64,000 nucleotides of DNA from an uncultured Actinomycetota bacterium (GCA_963753435.1 CAVWCF010000001.1:160001-224000); one strand, 5' to 3'. Shown: positions 52,091 to 61,995, counted from the stretch's first letter. Notes: generated by a model not told the origin, from the sequence alone. Program-made: numbers and translations.

Positions 52091-52662
52091 CCGAGACGAT
52101 TGATCTGACCCGTGCGGAGCGGTCACAGCCGCTGACCGCGGCTATCGAGGCGATCCTGCTGGTCGTTGACGAGCCGGTCACGGCGACGGTGTTGGCGCAG
52201 GTGCTCAGCGAGCCGGTCCCGGCGGTCACCGAGGCGCTGCAGGCGCTGTCGGGGGAGTACACCGAGGCGAAACGCGGTTTCGACCTGCGTGAGGTGGCCG
52301 GCGGTTGGCGGCTGTACACGCGCGAGGAGTACGCCGACCTGGTGGAGCAGTTCCTTACCGACGGCCAGCAAACTCGGCTGACGCAGGCGTCGCTGGAAAC
52401 GTTGGCCGTGGTCGCCTACCGGCAACCTGTGAGCAGGGCTCGCGTTTCGGCCATCCGGGGTGTCAACGTCGATGGGGTCATGCGCACCCTGGTCAACCGC
52501 GGGCTCGTGGAGGAATGCGGTACGGAGTCCGACAGCCAGGCGATCCTGTACCAGACCACATCCTTCTTCCTGGAGCGGCTCGGCCTGCGTTCGCTGGACG
52601 AGTTGCCGCCGATCGCTGAGCACGTGCCAAGCGCCGCGGCGATCGAGCAGGAGCAGTCCTGA
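52087..52662 (+). CDS. scpB: Segregation and condensation protein B
   Basis: LETLAVVAYRQPVSR..IRGV, LDELPP. Confidence 0.96.
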   Translation: MTETIDLTRAERSQPLTAAIEAILLVVDEPVTATVLAQVLSEPVPAVTEALQALSGEYTEAKRGFDLREVAGGWRLYTREEYADLVEQFLTDGQQTRLTQASLETLAVVAYRQPVSRARVSAIRGVNVDGVMRTLVNRGLVEECGTESDSQAILYQTTSFFLERLGLRSLDELPPIAEHVPSAAAIEQEQS

Positions 52663-53381
52663 GCGCCATCCGGATCCAGAAGGTGCTTGCCGAAGCTGGG
52701 ATCGGCAGCCGGCGACAGTGCGATCAACTCGTCGCTGAGGGCCGGGTCGAAGTGGACGGTCAGCCGGCCATCCCCGGCCAGCGAGTAGATCCGGCGACGG
52801 CGGTGATTCGCGTCGACGGTGACCGCCTCGTAACCGCCCCGGACAAGAGCTACCTGGCGTTGAACAAGCCCGCCGGGGTGGTGACGACGATGTCGGACCC
52901 GCAGGGCCGCGAATGCGTCGGCGACTACCTACCGGAGCGGGGTGCGCGCCTCTTCCACATCGGTCGCCTGGACACCGACACCGAGGGGCTGCTGCTCCTG
53001 ACCAACGACGGAGACCTGGCCCACCGGCTCATGCACCCGTCCTACGGCGTGCCGAAGACCTACCTGGCCGAGGTGATCGGTCCCGTGCCCCGAGACCTCG
53101 GCCGGCAACTGCGCTCAGGGGTGGTCCTGGACGATGGACCCGCTTCGGTGGACTCCTTCCGTGTCGTCCAGAGCTCGGGCAATCGGATCCTGGTCGAACT
53201 GGTTCTGCATGAAGGGCGCAACCGGTTGGTGCGGCGCCTGCTGGAAGCAGTCGGGCTGCCCGTGCAGCGGCTGGTTCGGGTGAAGGTTGGTGACGTTGCC
53301 CTCGGCGAGTTGCGACCTGGGCGCGTGCGCCCGCTGAACCGGCGTGAGGTGGCCAAGCTGTTCAAGGCGGTTGACCTGTAG
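52659..53381 (+). CDS. rluB: RluB/RsuA-family pseudouridine synthase (probable CTG start)
   Basis: RIQKVLAEAGIGSRR S4 domain, LNKPAG, GRLDTDTEGL, EGRNR. Confidence 0.9.
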   Translation: MSAIRIQKVLAEAGIGSRRQCDQLVAEGRVEVDGQPAIPGQRVDPATAVIRVDGDRLVTAPDKSYLALNKPAGVVTTMSDPQGRECVGDYLPERGARLFHIGRLDTDTEGLLLLTNDGDLAHRLMHPSYGVPKTYLAEVIGPVPRDLGRQLRSGVVLDDGPASVDSFRVVQSSGNRILVELVLHEGRNRLVRRLLEAVGLPVQRLVRVKVGDVALGELRPGRVRPLNRREVAKLFKAVDL

Positions 53382-53412
53382 GGCGTACTCGCTCACACGC
53401 GGTGCAGGTTGT

Positions 53413-54057
53413 TCAGGAGGCTGGCTCGGCCGCCGCAGGCTTGCCCGACACCAGGCGCAGCACGAGCCCGATCAGGACGCCTAGGGCGGCGCCGGCCACA
53501 ACGTCGAGCGGGTTGTGGGCCCCCAGGTAGACCCGGGACACGCACACACCCACGGCGGCGACAACCGCGAACACCCGACCGGCTCGACCCAGCCAGGGCC
53601 ACAGCAGACTGGCGAGCGCGAACGCGATGACCGCGTGGCCAGATGGGAACGAGGGTCCGTAGAGGGGGACGTCGCGAAACTGCGCGCAGTCAGGGTCCTC
53701 CGCACACACCGTCACGAACGGTCGGTCCCGCTCGACCAGTTGCTTGAGGACTAGGTACTCAACCGCGAGTTTGACCGGCACGATGAGCGCCAGAGCGACC
53801 GCCAGGCGCCAGCGACCTACCGCAGCCGCCACCGCGGCCAATCCCAGTGGCACAACCAGGACGCCCAGCAGTTGCAGGGCATACATGACCGGTCGCCAGG
53901 ACTCCGGCAGACCATTGATCCAGCCGAAGATCTCGGCCTCCAGGTCGGATACCTGGCCGGAGCGGGCGATCCAACTGCTGCCCAGCAGCAGCAGTGCTGC
54001 TGCCCCGAACGTGACGGCTAGGACCGGCTTGGTCAATTGACCCCCCAGAAGGCGCAT
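53413..54057 (-). CDS. PAP2-family membrane phosphatase (start may be TTG 54036)
   Basis: KxxxxRxRP, SFPSGH, SRVYLGAHxxxD. Confidence 0.92.
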   Translation of the reverse strand: MRLLGGQLTKPVLAVTFGAAALLLLGSSWIARSGQVSDLEAEIFGWINGLPESWRPVMYALQLLGVLVVPLGLAAVAAAVGRWRLAVALALIVPVKLAVEYLVLKQLVERDRPFVTVCAEDPDCAQFRDVPLYGPSFPSGHAVIAFALASLLWPWLGRAGRVFAVVAAVGVCVSRVYLGAHNPLDVVAGAALGVLIGLVLRLVSGKPAAAEPAS

Positions 54058-54132
54058 CGCAGGCTACCGCCGGCGCGCGAGGTTCCGGCGCAGACGCGGC
54101 TAGGGTTCTGACGAATTCGGAGGAGGTGCGCC

Positions 54133-54495
54133 GTGGCTGTGCGTGCGATTCGCGGCGCAACTGCGCTGTCGGCAGATGATCGCGACGAGATGGTCGAAGC
54201 CGTGGTCGAGTTGCTGAGGGAGTTGTTGCAGCGCAACGCGATTACCACGGAGGACCTGGTCAGCATCATCTTCACGGCGACCCCGGACCTGCACTGCGAG
54301 TTCCCCGCGGCGGCGGCCCGCACTTTGAGTTTGGGTGATGTGCCGTTGTTGTGCGCCCAGGAATTGGCCATTGCCGGCGCGATGCCGCGAGTGGTGCGGG
54401 TGATGGCGCACGTCAACACCGAGCGGCCCCGGGATCAGGTCCAGCACGTGTACCTGCGTGGGACTGAGACGTTGCGCTCGGACTTGGCGCAGTGA
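54133..54495 (+). CDS. aroH: Chorismate mutase, AroH class
   Basis: VRAIRGAT, FTATPDL..FPA, HVYL..LRSDL. Confidence 0.95.
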   Translation: MAVRAIRGATALSADDRDEMVEAVVELLRELLQRNAITTEDLVSIIFTATPDLHCEFPAAAARTLSLGDVPLLCAQELAIAGAMPRVVRVMAHVNTERPRDQVQHVYLRGTETLRSDLAQ

Positions 54496-55550
54496 GCGAC
54501 GTCCTGGTCGTCGGCACCGGGTTGATCGGCGGTTCCCTCGGGTTGGCGCTGACGGCTGCGGGACGTTCGGTTTGGTTGACCGACAAGGACGAGGCTGCAG
54601 TCCAGTTGGCCGCCGACCTCGGGGCAGGTCGGCCTTGGTCGGGTCAGGACTGCGACCTGGTCGTGCTGGCCGTGCCACCGTCGGCGGTCCCGGAGGAGTG
54701 CCGCAACTGGCAGGGGCGGTTCCCACAAGCCACCGTCACCGATGTCGCCAGCGTCAAGTCGCAGGTGGTGCTGGAGGTCCGGCGGTCGGCCGACCCGAAA
54801 CGATTCGTGGGCGGTCACCCGGTCGCGGGCCGTGAGGTCGCCGGTGTGCGCGGGGCCCGAGCGGACCTGTTCATCGCCCGGCCGTGGGTGCTCACCTCGG
54901 AGGGCGCTGACCCCGACCGGGTCGACGCGGTCCAGGAACTGACCGTGGCTGTTGGCGCGGTGCCCGTCCGGATGAGCGCTGCGCAGCACGATGAGGCGAT
55001 GGCCCTGGTTTCGCACGCCCCACAGGTGGCTGCTTCGGTGATGGCCGGGCTGCTCGCCGATGCCGACCCCCGACTCGTCGACCTGGCCGGACAGGGTTTG
55101 CGGGACACGACGCGCATCGCCGCCGGCGATCCCGGGCTGTGGGCCGACATTCTGCTCGGCAACCGGGAGGCCGTGTTGCCGGTCCTGCAACGGCTGAGTC
55201 AGAACCTCGACCGCATTCGGGCGGCGCTGCAGGACGCGGACGCCGATTCCGTGCGTACCGGTCTAGGTGCCGGGGTTGCCGGCCGCAGCCGTATCCCCGG
55301 CAAGCACGGGGGTTCGGCCACCTCCTACACGGCCGTCACCGTCGTGATCGATGACGCGCCCGGCGCTCTGGCTCGACTGCTGGTCGCCGCCGGTGAGGCA
55401 GGCGTGAACGTCGAGGATCTGCGGCTGGAGCACTCGCCCGGACAGCCGGTTGGTTTGGTGGAACTGGCCGTCCGACCCGAAGCCGCCGCCGAACTGGCCG
55501 CGGCCCTCACCCAGGCTGGTTGGCGAGTTCATGCCGAACAGCGCCAGTAG
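54492..55550 (+). CDS. tyrA: Prephenate dehydrogenase with C-terminal ACT domain
   Basis: GTGLIGGS, TDVASVK, GGHPVAG, SHAPQ, RDTTRIA. Confidence 0.93.
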   Translation: MSDVLVVGTGLIGGSLGLALTAAGRSVWLTDKDEAAVQLAADLGAGRPWSGQDCDLVVLAVPPSAVPEECRNWQGRFPQATVTDVASVKSQVVLEVRRSADPKRFVGGHPVAGREVAGVRGARADLFIARPWVLTSEGADPDRVDAVQELTVAVGAVPVRMSAAQHDEAMALVSHAPQVAASVMAGLLADADPRLVDLAGQGLRDTTRIAAGDPGLWADILLGNREAVLPVLQRLSQNLDRIRAALQDADADSVRTGLGAGVAGRSRIPGKHGGSATSYTAVTVVIDDAPGALARLLVAAGEAGVNVEDLRLEHSPGQPVGLVELAVRPEAAAELAAALTQAGWRVHAEQRQ

Positions 55551-55560
55551 CCTCACCCGC

Positions 55561-56235
55561 GTGCAGGCCGCAAGTGCAGTGATCGCGGTGGACGGCCCGA
55601 GCGGATCGGGCAAGTCCTCAGTGTCCCGGGGCGTGGCCGCTGCCTTCGGGCTGCGGTACCTGGACACCGGGTCGCTTTACCGCGCTGCCACCTGGTGGGT
55701 GCTGCACAACGGTGCCGATACTTCTGACGCAGCAGCGGTCGCGGCTTTGGTGGACGCTGCTGACATCGCCGCTGGCACGGATCCCGCGTCACCGACCATC
55801 TCCGTCAATGGGCGCAACCTCGCCACGGAGATCAGGTCGGCGGAGGTCACCGGTGCGGTTAGCCAGGTGAGCGCCATCCCGCAGGTGCGGGCGCGGCTGC
55901 TGACCTTGCAGCGGGATTTGATCGGCTCCGGCGGTGTGGTGGTCGAGGGGCGCGACATCGGCACCGTGGTCGCCCCCGATGCCGTGGTCAAGATCTTCCT
56001 GACCGCCGACCCGGAGGTCCGGGGTCAGCGGCGACATCTGGAGACTGCGCATCACGAAGATGCGACGGTCACGGCGCAGGCACTGAAAGCTCGTGACGAG
56101 ATCGATTCCAATCGCCAGGCCAGCCCGTTGCGCGCGGCAGCAGATGCCATCGAGGTGGACGCGACCGACCTCAACTTGGAGCAGGTGATCGCGAAAGTGA
56201 GCGGGATTGTGGCGGAGCGGCTGACCCATGACTGA
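55561..56235 (+). CDS. cmk: Cytidylate kinase
   Basis: [26 protein letters not shown]; TAGCCT 7 nt before GTG 55561. Confidence 0.96.
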   Translation: MQAASAVIAVDGPSGSGKSSVSRGVAAAFGLRYLDTGSLYRAATWWVLHNGADTSDAAAVAALVDAADIAAGTDPASPTISVNGRNLATEIRSAEVTGAVSQVSAIPQVRARLLTLQRDLIGSGGVVVEGRDIGTVVAPDAVVKIFLTADPEVRGQRRHLETAHHEDATVTAQALKARDEIDSNRQASPLRAAADAIEVDATDLNLEQVIAKVSGIVAERLTHD

Positions 56236-57565
56236 AGAGGCGGTGACGCAAGCAGCGCTGCCCGTGGTCGCCGTGGTCGGGCGTCCCAACGTGGGCAAGT
56301 CGACCTTGGTTAACCGACTCCTCGGACGTCGCGAAGCGGTAGTTCAGGACATTCCGGGCGTGACGCGCGACCGGGTCGCCTACGACGCGGAATGGTCCGG
56401 GCGCCGGTTCACGGTCGTGGACACCGGCGGCTGGGAACCCGACGCGCAGGGGATGGCCGCCCGCGTTGCGGCGCAGGCGGAGTTGGCCATGCTGTCGGCT
56501 GATGTGATCGTGCTGGTTGTCGACGCCACCGTTGGGGCCACCGACACCGAAGAAGCGGTCACTCGAGTGTTGCGGCGCTCTGGCGCGCCAGTACTGCTGG
56601 CCGCCAACAAGGTGGACGACTCTCGCACCGAATCAGATGCGGCGTCGCTTTGGTCATTGGGGCTGGGTCAACCGCACCCGGTGTCGGCACTGCACGGGCG
56701 TGGCAGCGGCGACCTGCTGGACGCGATCCTGGCGGCCTTCCCGGAGGTGGCCGCAATGCCGGAGCCGCTGGGTGGTCCGCGCCGGGTGGCGTTGTTGGGG
56801 CGGCCCAACGTGGGCAAGTCCTCGCTGCTGAACCGGCTGGCCGGTGAAGAGCGCGTAGTTGTGGACTCGGTTGCCGGCACGACAGTCGACCCGGTCGATG
56901 AGGTCGTGGAACTTGGCGGGGAGTCGTGGACCTTCGTCGACACCGCCGGGATCCGGCGTCGGGTGAAGGAGGCTTCCGGTCAGGAGTACTACGCGTCCTT
57001 GCGGACCAGGGCTGCGCTGGACAAGGCGGAGGTGGCGATCGTCCTGCTGGACGGGTCGCAGCCGCTGACGGAGCAGGACGTGCGGATCGTGCAGATGGTT
57101 GTGGACGCTGGCCGGGCGCTGGTGCTCGCAATCAACAAGTGGGACCTGTTGGACGAGGATCGGCGTGACCTGTTGGAGCGGGAGATGGAGCGGGAGCTGG
57201 CGCATGTGGCGTGGGCTCCGCGGGTCAACGTCTCTGCAAAGTCCGGACGTCACGTAGAGAAGCTGGTTCCCGCACTCCATGAGGCGCTGCAGGGCTGGGA
57301 CACTCGGGTTTCGACCGGCCGCCTGAACGCACTGATCGGGCAGGTAGTCGCCGCGCACCCGCACCCGGTCCGTGGCGGCAAACAGCCCAAGCTCTTGTTC
57401 GCTACCCAGGCGTCGACGCAGCCGCCGAACTTCGTGCTGTTCACCACCGGCTTCCTGGAAGCCGGCTACCGGCGGTTCCTGGAACGACGATTGCGCGAGG
57501 AGTTCGGCTTCCGCGGCACGCCGATGTTGCTCAGCATGAAAGTGCGGGCCAAGCGCAAGAACTAG
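56228..57565 (+). CDS. der: Ribosome biogenesis GTPase Der
   Basis: Two GRPNVGKS/DTxG/NKxD G-domains plus KH-like C-terminus. Confidence 0.98.
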   Translation: MTEEAVTQAALPVVAVVGRPNVGKSTLVNRLLGRREAVVQDIPGVTRDRVAYDAEWSGRRFTVVDTGGWEPDAQGMAARVAAQAELAMLSADVIVLVVDATVGATDTEEAVTRVLRRSGAPVLLAANKVDDSRTESDAASLWSLGLGQPHPVSALHGRGSGDLLDAILAAFPEVAAMPEPLGGPRRVALLGRPNVGKSSLLNRLAGEERVVVDSVAGTTVDPVDEVVELGGESWTFVDTAGIRRRVKEASGQEYYASLRTRAALDKAEVAIVLLDGSQPLTEQDVRIVQMVVDAGRALVLAINKWDLLDEDRRDLLEREMERELAHVAWAPRVNVSAKSGRHVEKLVPALHEALQGWDTRVSTGRLNALIGQVVAAHPHPVRGGKQPKLLFATQASTQPPNFVLFTTGFLEAGYRRFLERRLREEFGFRGTPMLLSMKVRAKRKN

Positions 57566-57638
57566 GCGGGTTTCCGTCGGGAATCGCTTCGGCGTCGTTC
57601 GGGTAGCATCGGCGCGCTCTGCCGGTTGCGCGGGGCAC

Positions 57639-57712
<74 letters not shown>

Positions 57713-57916
57713 CGGTGTTCGTGCAGGCCATGGGCAGCCATGCCTAGTTCCGTCAATTCGTTGGCTCGAAAGTCGGGCCGCTCCTGCGCTTAGGACTTCT
57801 CTGGCTGCTCGGTCGGCGAGGAGTCCCGACAAGGCGACTTGCCCATGGATGCTTCCGTCAGGGCGTGTTGAGACAACATTGCGACGATGTTTTGACCCAA
57901 AGCAGTTGACATACGG

Positions 57917-57932
57917 TGTGACGCCGGTCACA
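57917..57932. promoter_or_regulatory. CRP-family operator, perfect consensus
   Basis: TGTGA-CGCCGG-TCACA. Confidence 0.8.
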
Positions 57933-57966
57933 AAAAGGGGAAAAGTTCTTCTGGTATTCTTTCCGC

Positions 57967-58092
57967 ATGAGCACCGTCACCGCGCACCGTTGGTCCATCG
58001 AAACATCAGAAACCGCCTCCGGGATCCGCACGATAGGCAGCGTCCTAGGCCGCGCCTTCAATCTGTTCCTGCGCGCGCCCGCCAACTACTGA
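57967..58092 (+). CDS. 41-aa leaderless small protein MSTVTAHRWSIETSETASGIRTIGSVLGRAFNLFLRAPANY
   Basis: TGg-TATTCT 6 nt before ATG; 32 of 40 post-start codons end in G/C; below the ORF-track cutoff. Confidence 0.65.
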   Translation: MSTVTAHRWSIETSETASGIRTIGSVLGRAFNLFLRAPANY

Positions 58093-58230
58093 GGCGCCCG
58101 TGGCGAGTCCATCTGGTGGACTGGGCAACCTGGTCCCCTTGGACAGCCACTCGTCACTGAATCTCGCATGGCCGATTTCATCCTCGCGGGACCGTATGCG
58201 CCCGCCGCCACGGCAGCCAGAGCATTTCCC

Positions 58231-59868
58231 TCATTCGTTCTGACGTGCTCGGGAACCCTCCGGAACCACGCTGGGCAGTTCCTTGGTGAACGCCAGCGAC
58301 AGGAGTGCCAGCAGGGCCGCGGCCAGCAATCCCGCCTTCAGCGCCTGCAACTGGGATTGCTCGTAGTCCTCCACTAGGGCGTCGGCGGTCGGCTGATCGA
58401 GACCGGCCGACTCCACTGCGGCACGGACTTGATCGGAGTCGACGAAGTCCAGCCCCGACTGCACACTGACGCCGACCTCAGCGGAGATTTCCGCGCTGAT
58501 CCGCGGGTCCTCCTCTATCTGGGACACGAAAGTGCTGGTCAGTCCCGTCAAGACGATCGCACCAATCAGGGCGATGCCAAGGGAGGAGCCGAGCTGCTGG
58601 CCGGTGTACTGCAGTCCGCCCGCCTCGCTGCGGCCGGACGCGTCCACCGAGGACTGCACCACGTTGCCCAGTTGGGAAACTATGAGTCCCATCCCAACGC
58701 CCAGAATCGCCATGGACAACGCGAACCAGCCGCCCTTGAGAACCGGGTCGATCGTGGCCATGAGGATGAGCACGGCAGCGGCGGCAGTCACCAGGCCCGA
58801 GCGGACGATGCCTCGAACGCTGAACCGTGCCGAGAGCCGGGACCCGATGGCCGACGTGGCGAACATCGTTATTGAGATCGGCAGCATGCGGATGCCGGTG
58901 TCGAGGGCATTGAGACCAAGAACCAGTTGCAGATACAGGGGCACGACGAAGAAGACGCCCATGAGGATCAAGTTCTGGATGAACAGCCCCGACAGCCCCG
59001 ACCGCAGCATCGGGATTCGCATCAGGTCCAGGTGCACCAGGGGGTCGGTGCCAATCCGTTCCCGGTGGCGTTGCCAGACAGCGAACGCCCACAGCAGCAG
59101 CCCGCCACTGGCGATCACGAACAGAGTCGGGGAGAAGCCGAATAGCGTGAAGGGCACATCTTTCGGCGCCACCCAGCCCCAGGTGCTGGACTGCAGTACC
59201 CCGAGAACCACGACGCCCAGGCCCGAAGCCGACAGCGCCGAACCCACGTAGTCCAGGCGTGGCGCCGCACCGGCTCGCGGTGCGTCTGCGACAACCCTGG
59301 TCATGATGAGGATGAACGCGACCAAAAGGACTTCGCCCACGAAGACCACGCGCCAAGACAACTCCGTCGTGGCCCACCCGCCGACAATCGGTCCGATTGC
59401 GATTCCGGCCCCGGCGACCCCGCCGAGCACGGCGTAGGCGGCGAGCCGCTGCCGCCCCTCAAAGTTGCCGGCCACGAGAGCGGCCAGGGCCGGCAGCACC
59501 AGGGCGGCACCGATCCCTTCCAAGATCGACCAGCCGAGGGTCAGCACCTGCACTGTCGGAGCCACCGCGGTCAGCGCCGAGCCGGCGCCATAGATGAACA
59601 GCCCGACCACAAAAGCCCGGCGTCGGCCGATGATGTCGCCCACCTTGGCCCCAGTGAGGATGAACATCGCCATGGTCAGGCAGTACAGGGTGATGACCGC
59701 TTGGATCGTGGTGACAGTTGTGTCGAAGTCTTCCACCAGAGTGCTGATTGAGACGTTCATGACCGACTGGTCGAGGACCATGACGAACTGAGCCGTGGCG
59801 AGGGCGATCAACGGCGCCCAACCGACCCGCGAATCTGACTTCGTGCTGGGTATTTGGGCATCGGCCAT
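58231..59868 (-). CDS. MFS transporter, 14-TMS DHA2-like
   Basis: QFVMVLDQSVMNV, GDIIGRRR motif A, GPIVGG, WRVVF; TAGGGT 7 nt before ATG 59868. Confidence 0.93.
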   Translation of the reverse strand: MADAQIPSTKSDSRVGWAPLIALATAQFVMVLDQSVMNVSISTLVEDFDTTVTTIQAVITLYCLTMAMFILTGAKVGDIIGRRRAFVVGLFIYGAGSALTAVAPTVQVLTLGWSILEGIGAALVLPALAALVAGNFEGRQRLAAYAVLGGVAGAGIAIGPIVGGWATTELSWRVVFVGEVLLVAFILIMTRVVADAPRAGAAPRLDYVGSALSASGLGVVVLGVLQSSTWGWVAPKDVPFTLFGFSPTLFVIASGGLLLWAFAVWQRHRERIGTDPLVHLDLMRIPMLRSGLSGLFIQNLILMGVFFVVPLYLQLVLGLNALDTGIRMLPISITMFATSAIGSRLSARFSVRGIVRSGLVTAAAAVLILMATIDPVLKGGWFALSMAILGVGMGLIVSQLGNVVQSSVDASGRSEAGGLQYTGQQLGSSLGIALIGAIVLTGLTSTFVSQIEEDPRISAEISAEVGVSVQSGLDFVDSDQVRAAVESAGLDQPTADALVEDYEQSQLQALKAGLLAAALLALLSLAFTKELPSVVPEGSRARQNE

Positions 59869-59990
59869 GCGATGGACCCTAGCGAGCGCAGGTGGTCTAG
59901 CCGGGGACCTGAGCCGACCGCCTCCTGGTGTTGTTGAGCGGCCACCGCCTATGCGCCCTACAGGTGCTGAAGCCACCCGGAGCTGCCTTG

Positions 59991-60006
59991 CGTGACATGC
60001 GCCACA
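59991..60006. promoter_or_regulatory. CRP-like site in the MFS/pck divergent intergenic region
   Basis: CGTGA-CATGCG-CCACA, 8/10 match to TGTGA-N6-TCACA. Confidence 0.5.
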
Positions 60007-60116
60007 CCCGCCCGCCCAGTCCCGCACGCGAAGGAAGCAACGCTGGTCGGGGGATAAGTCCACGAATGTCAGCGCGTGTAGCCTCCGGCTCACGCCCCGC
60101 TCACAAAGGACGATTC

Positions 60117-61964
60117 ATGGTTGACCCGGCTGTTGTGGACCAAGCGCTGGACGCAGGGGGACTGACAAACCCACGGGTACGCGAGTACGTCCACCACTGG
60201 GCCGCCCACACCGGAGCCGACCGTATTGAGGTCGTCAGCGCCGCCGACGACGAGCGCCTCATCGCGGAGAGCCTGGAAGCCGGCGAGATTCAGCCCGCTG
60301 GCGAGGGTCTGTACTACTCACGCAGCTACTCCAAGGACACCGCGCGCTCGGAGGAGCGCACGATCGTGGCGACGAGCAACCCGTCGGACAAGGGTGTCTA
60401 CAACAACTGGCGACCGGCGGCGGAGATGCGGCCGCTGCTGGAAGACAAGATGCGCGGCGCTTCGGCCGGCAAGACGATGTATGTCATTCCCTACTTGATG
60501 GCGCCGCCAGGGTCGCCTCTGGAGCAGTTCGCGGCAGGTGTGGAACTGACGGATCACCGCACGGTCGTGCTGCACATGATCCGAATGGCTCGCGTTGGCG
60601 CGCAGTTCGTCAACAACCTTGCGGACCCGGACAGTTTCGTGCGCGCCGTGCACGTCACCGGGGACCTGCCGAACCTGGGTCAGGGCACCCCGGACGACCA
60701 GCGCTACTTCGTGACCCTCGGCGACGAGCGCACGATCCTGCACTTCGGATCTTCCTACGGTGGCAACGCGCTGCTCGGCAAGATCGCGCACGGTCTGCGC
60801 CAGGCCGCCTACGACGGCTGGTCGTCGGGGAAGTTCCTCGGCGAACAGTTCATGCTGCTGGGCATCACCGACAAGCAGACTGGTCGCAAGTACCACATCT
60901 GCGGTGGTTTCCCGAGTGCCTCGGGCAAGACGAACCTGGCGATGACGCTTGCACCGGACGCCCTCGGCGACCGCTACCACGTGGACTTCTACGGCGACGA
61001 CATCGCCTGGCTCTGGGTGGGTGATGACGGTCGCCTGTACGGCATGAACCCGGAGTTCGGCGTATTCGGCGTCGCCAAGGACACCAACGAGAAGACCAAC
61101 CCGACCGCCCTTGGCTCGATCGCACCCGGCACGCAGGCGCTGTTCACCAACGTCGCGTACAACGAGGTGACGCAGGAGGTTTGGTGGGAGGGCCGCACAC
61201 CGCAGCCTCCCGCCGACGTCACCGGTTGGCGGGACTGGAAGGGCGAGCTCATCTCCGAGCGCGAGCCCGGCGACGACAGCCCCTGGGCGCACCCAAACAG
61301 CCGTTTCACGACGACTCTGGCGAATGTGCCCAACATCGCCGACGACTTCTCCAACCCGGCTGGCGTGCCGATCGACGCGATCATCTTCGGCGGCCGGACC
61401 CGCGATCGGGAGCCGCTGGTCCGCGCCATCACCGACATCGCCGAAGGCGTCTACGACGGACTTACGTTGGGCGCAGAAGCCACGTTTGCCGCTGAGGGCG
61501 TCGAGGGGCAACTTCGCTACGACCCGATGTCAATGCGCCCCTTCATGTCCTACGCCGAGGGCGACTACGCGGCGCACTGGCTCAAGGTCATCGGCGCCGC
61601 CAGCGTGAAGCCGATATTCGCGCACGTGAACTGGTTCCAGCGAGACCCCGAAGACGGCCACTTCCTGTGGCCCGGTTACCGGGAGAACCTGCGTCCCTTG
61701 CTGTGGCTGATGCAGCTGCGCAACGGCGAGGTCTCCGGGCAGGAAACCCCGGTGGGGATCGTGCCGACCAAGGAAGAACTGAACCTGGACGGGCTGGAGA
61801 TCGATGCCGCCGACCTGGACCACATCCTCTCGATCGACCTGGACCGTTGGCACCAGGAGGCCGACTTCCGCCAGAAGCACCTGGAGCAGTTCGACCGACT
61901 GCCGGAGGAGATCTGGGCCGCTCACCGTCGAGTGGCCGCAGCCATCGACTCCGCACGCGGCTGA
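60117..61964 (+). CDS. pckG: Phosphoenolpyruvate carboxykinase (GTP type), divergent
   Basis: DTARSEERT, YGGNALLGK, FPSASGKTN, GDDIAW, AHPNSRF, DPMSMRPF, HVNWF; AAAGGA SD. Confidence 0.93.
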   Translation: MVDPAVVDQALDAGGLTNPRVREYVHHWAAHTGADRIEVVSAADDERLIAESLEAGEIQPAGEGLYYSRSYSKDTARSEERTIVATSNPSDKGVYNNWRPAAEMRPLLEDKMRGASAGKTMYVIPYLMAPPGSPLEQFAAGVELTDHRTVVLHMIRMARVGAQFVNNLADPDSFVRAVHVTGDLPNLGQGTPDDQRYFVTLGDERTILHFGSSYGGNALLGKIAHGLRQAAYDGWSSGKFLGEQFMLLGITDKQTGRKYHICGGFPSASGKTNLAMTLAPDALGDRYHVDFYGDDIAWLWVGDDGRLYGMNPEFGVFGVAKDTNEKTNPTALGSIAPGTQALFTNVAYNEVTQEVWWEGRTPQPPADVTGWRDWKGELISEREPGDDSPWAHPNSRFTTTLANVPNIADDFSNPAGVPIDAIIFGGRTRDREPLVRAITDIAEGVYDGLTLGAEATFAAEGVEGQLRYDPMSMRPFMSYAEGDYAAHWLKVIGAASVKPIFAHVNWFQRDPEDGHFLWPGYRENLRPLLWLMQLRNGEVSGQETPVGIVPTKEELNLDGLEIDAADLDHILSIDLDRWHQEADFRQKHLEQFDRLPEEIWAAHRRVAAAIDSARG

Positions 61965-61995
61965 TCCGAGCGGGCTGACGCCCTAGGGTCAGCCC

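Noticed and set aside
57823-57830. GTCCCGAC repeating the tRNA-Pro 3' end as an att scar
   Set aside because: Only 8 bp, plausible by chance; no integrase nearby
57790-57846. 18-aa minus-strand ORF MGKSPCRDSSPTEQPEKS divergent from the CRP box
   Set aside because: Weak SD, no clear promoter, too short to support from sequence alone
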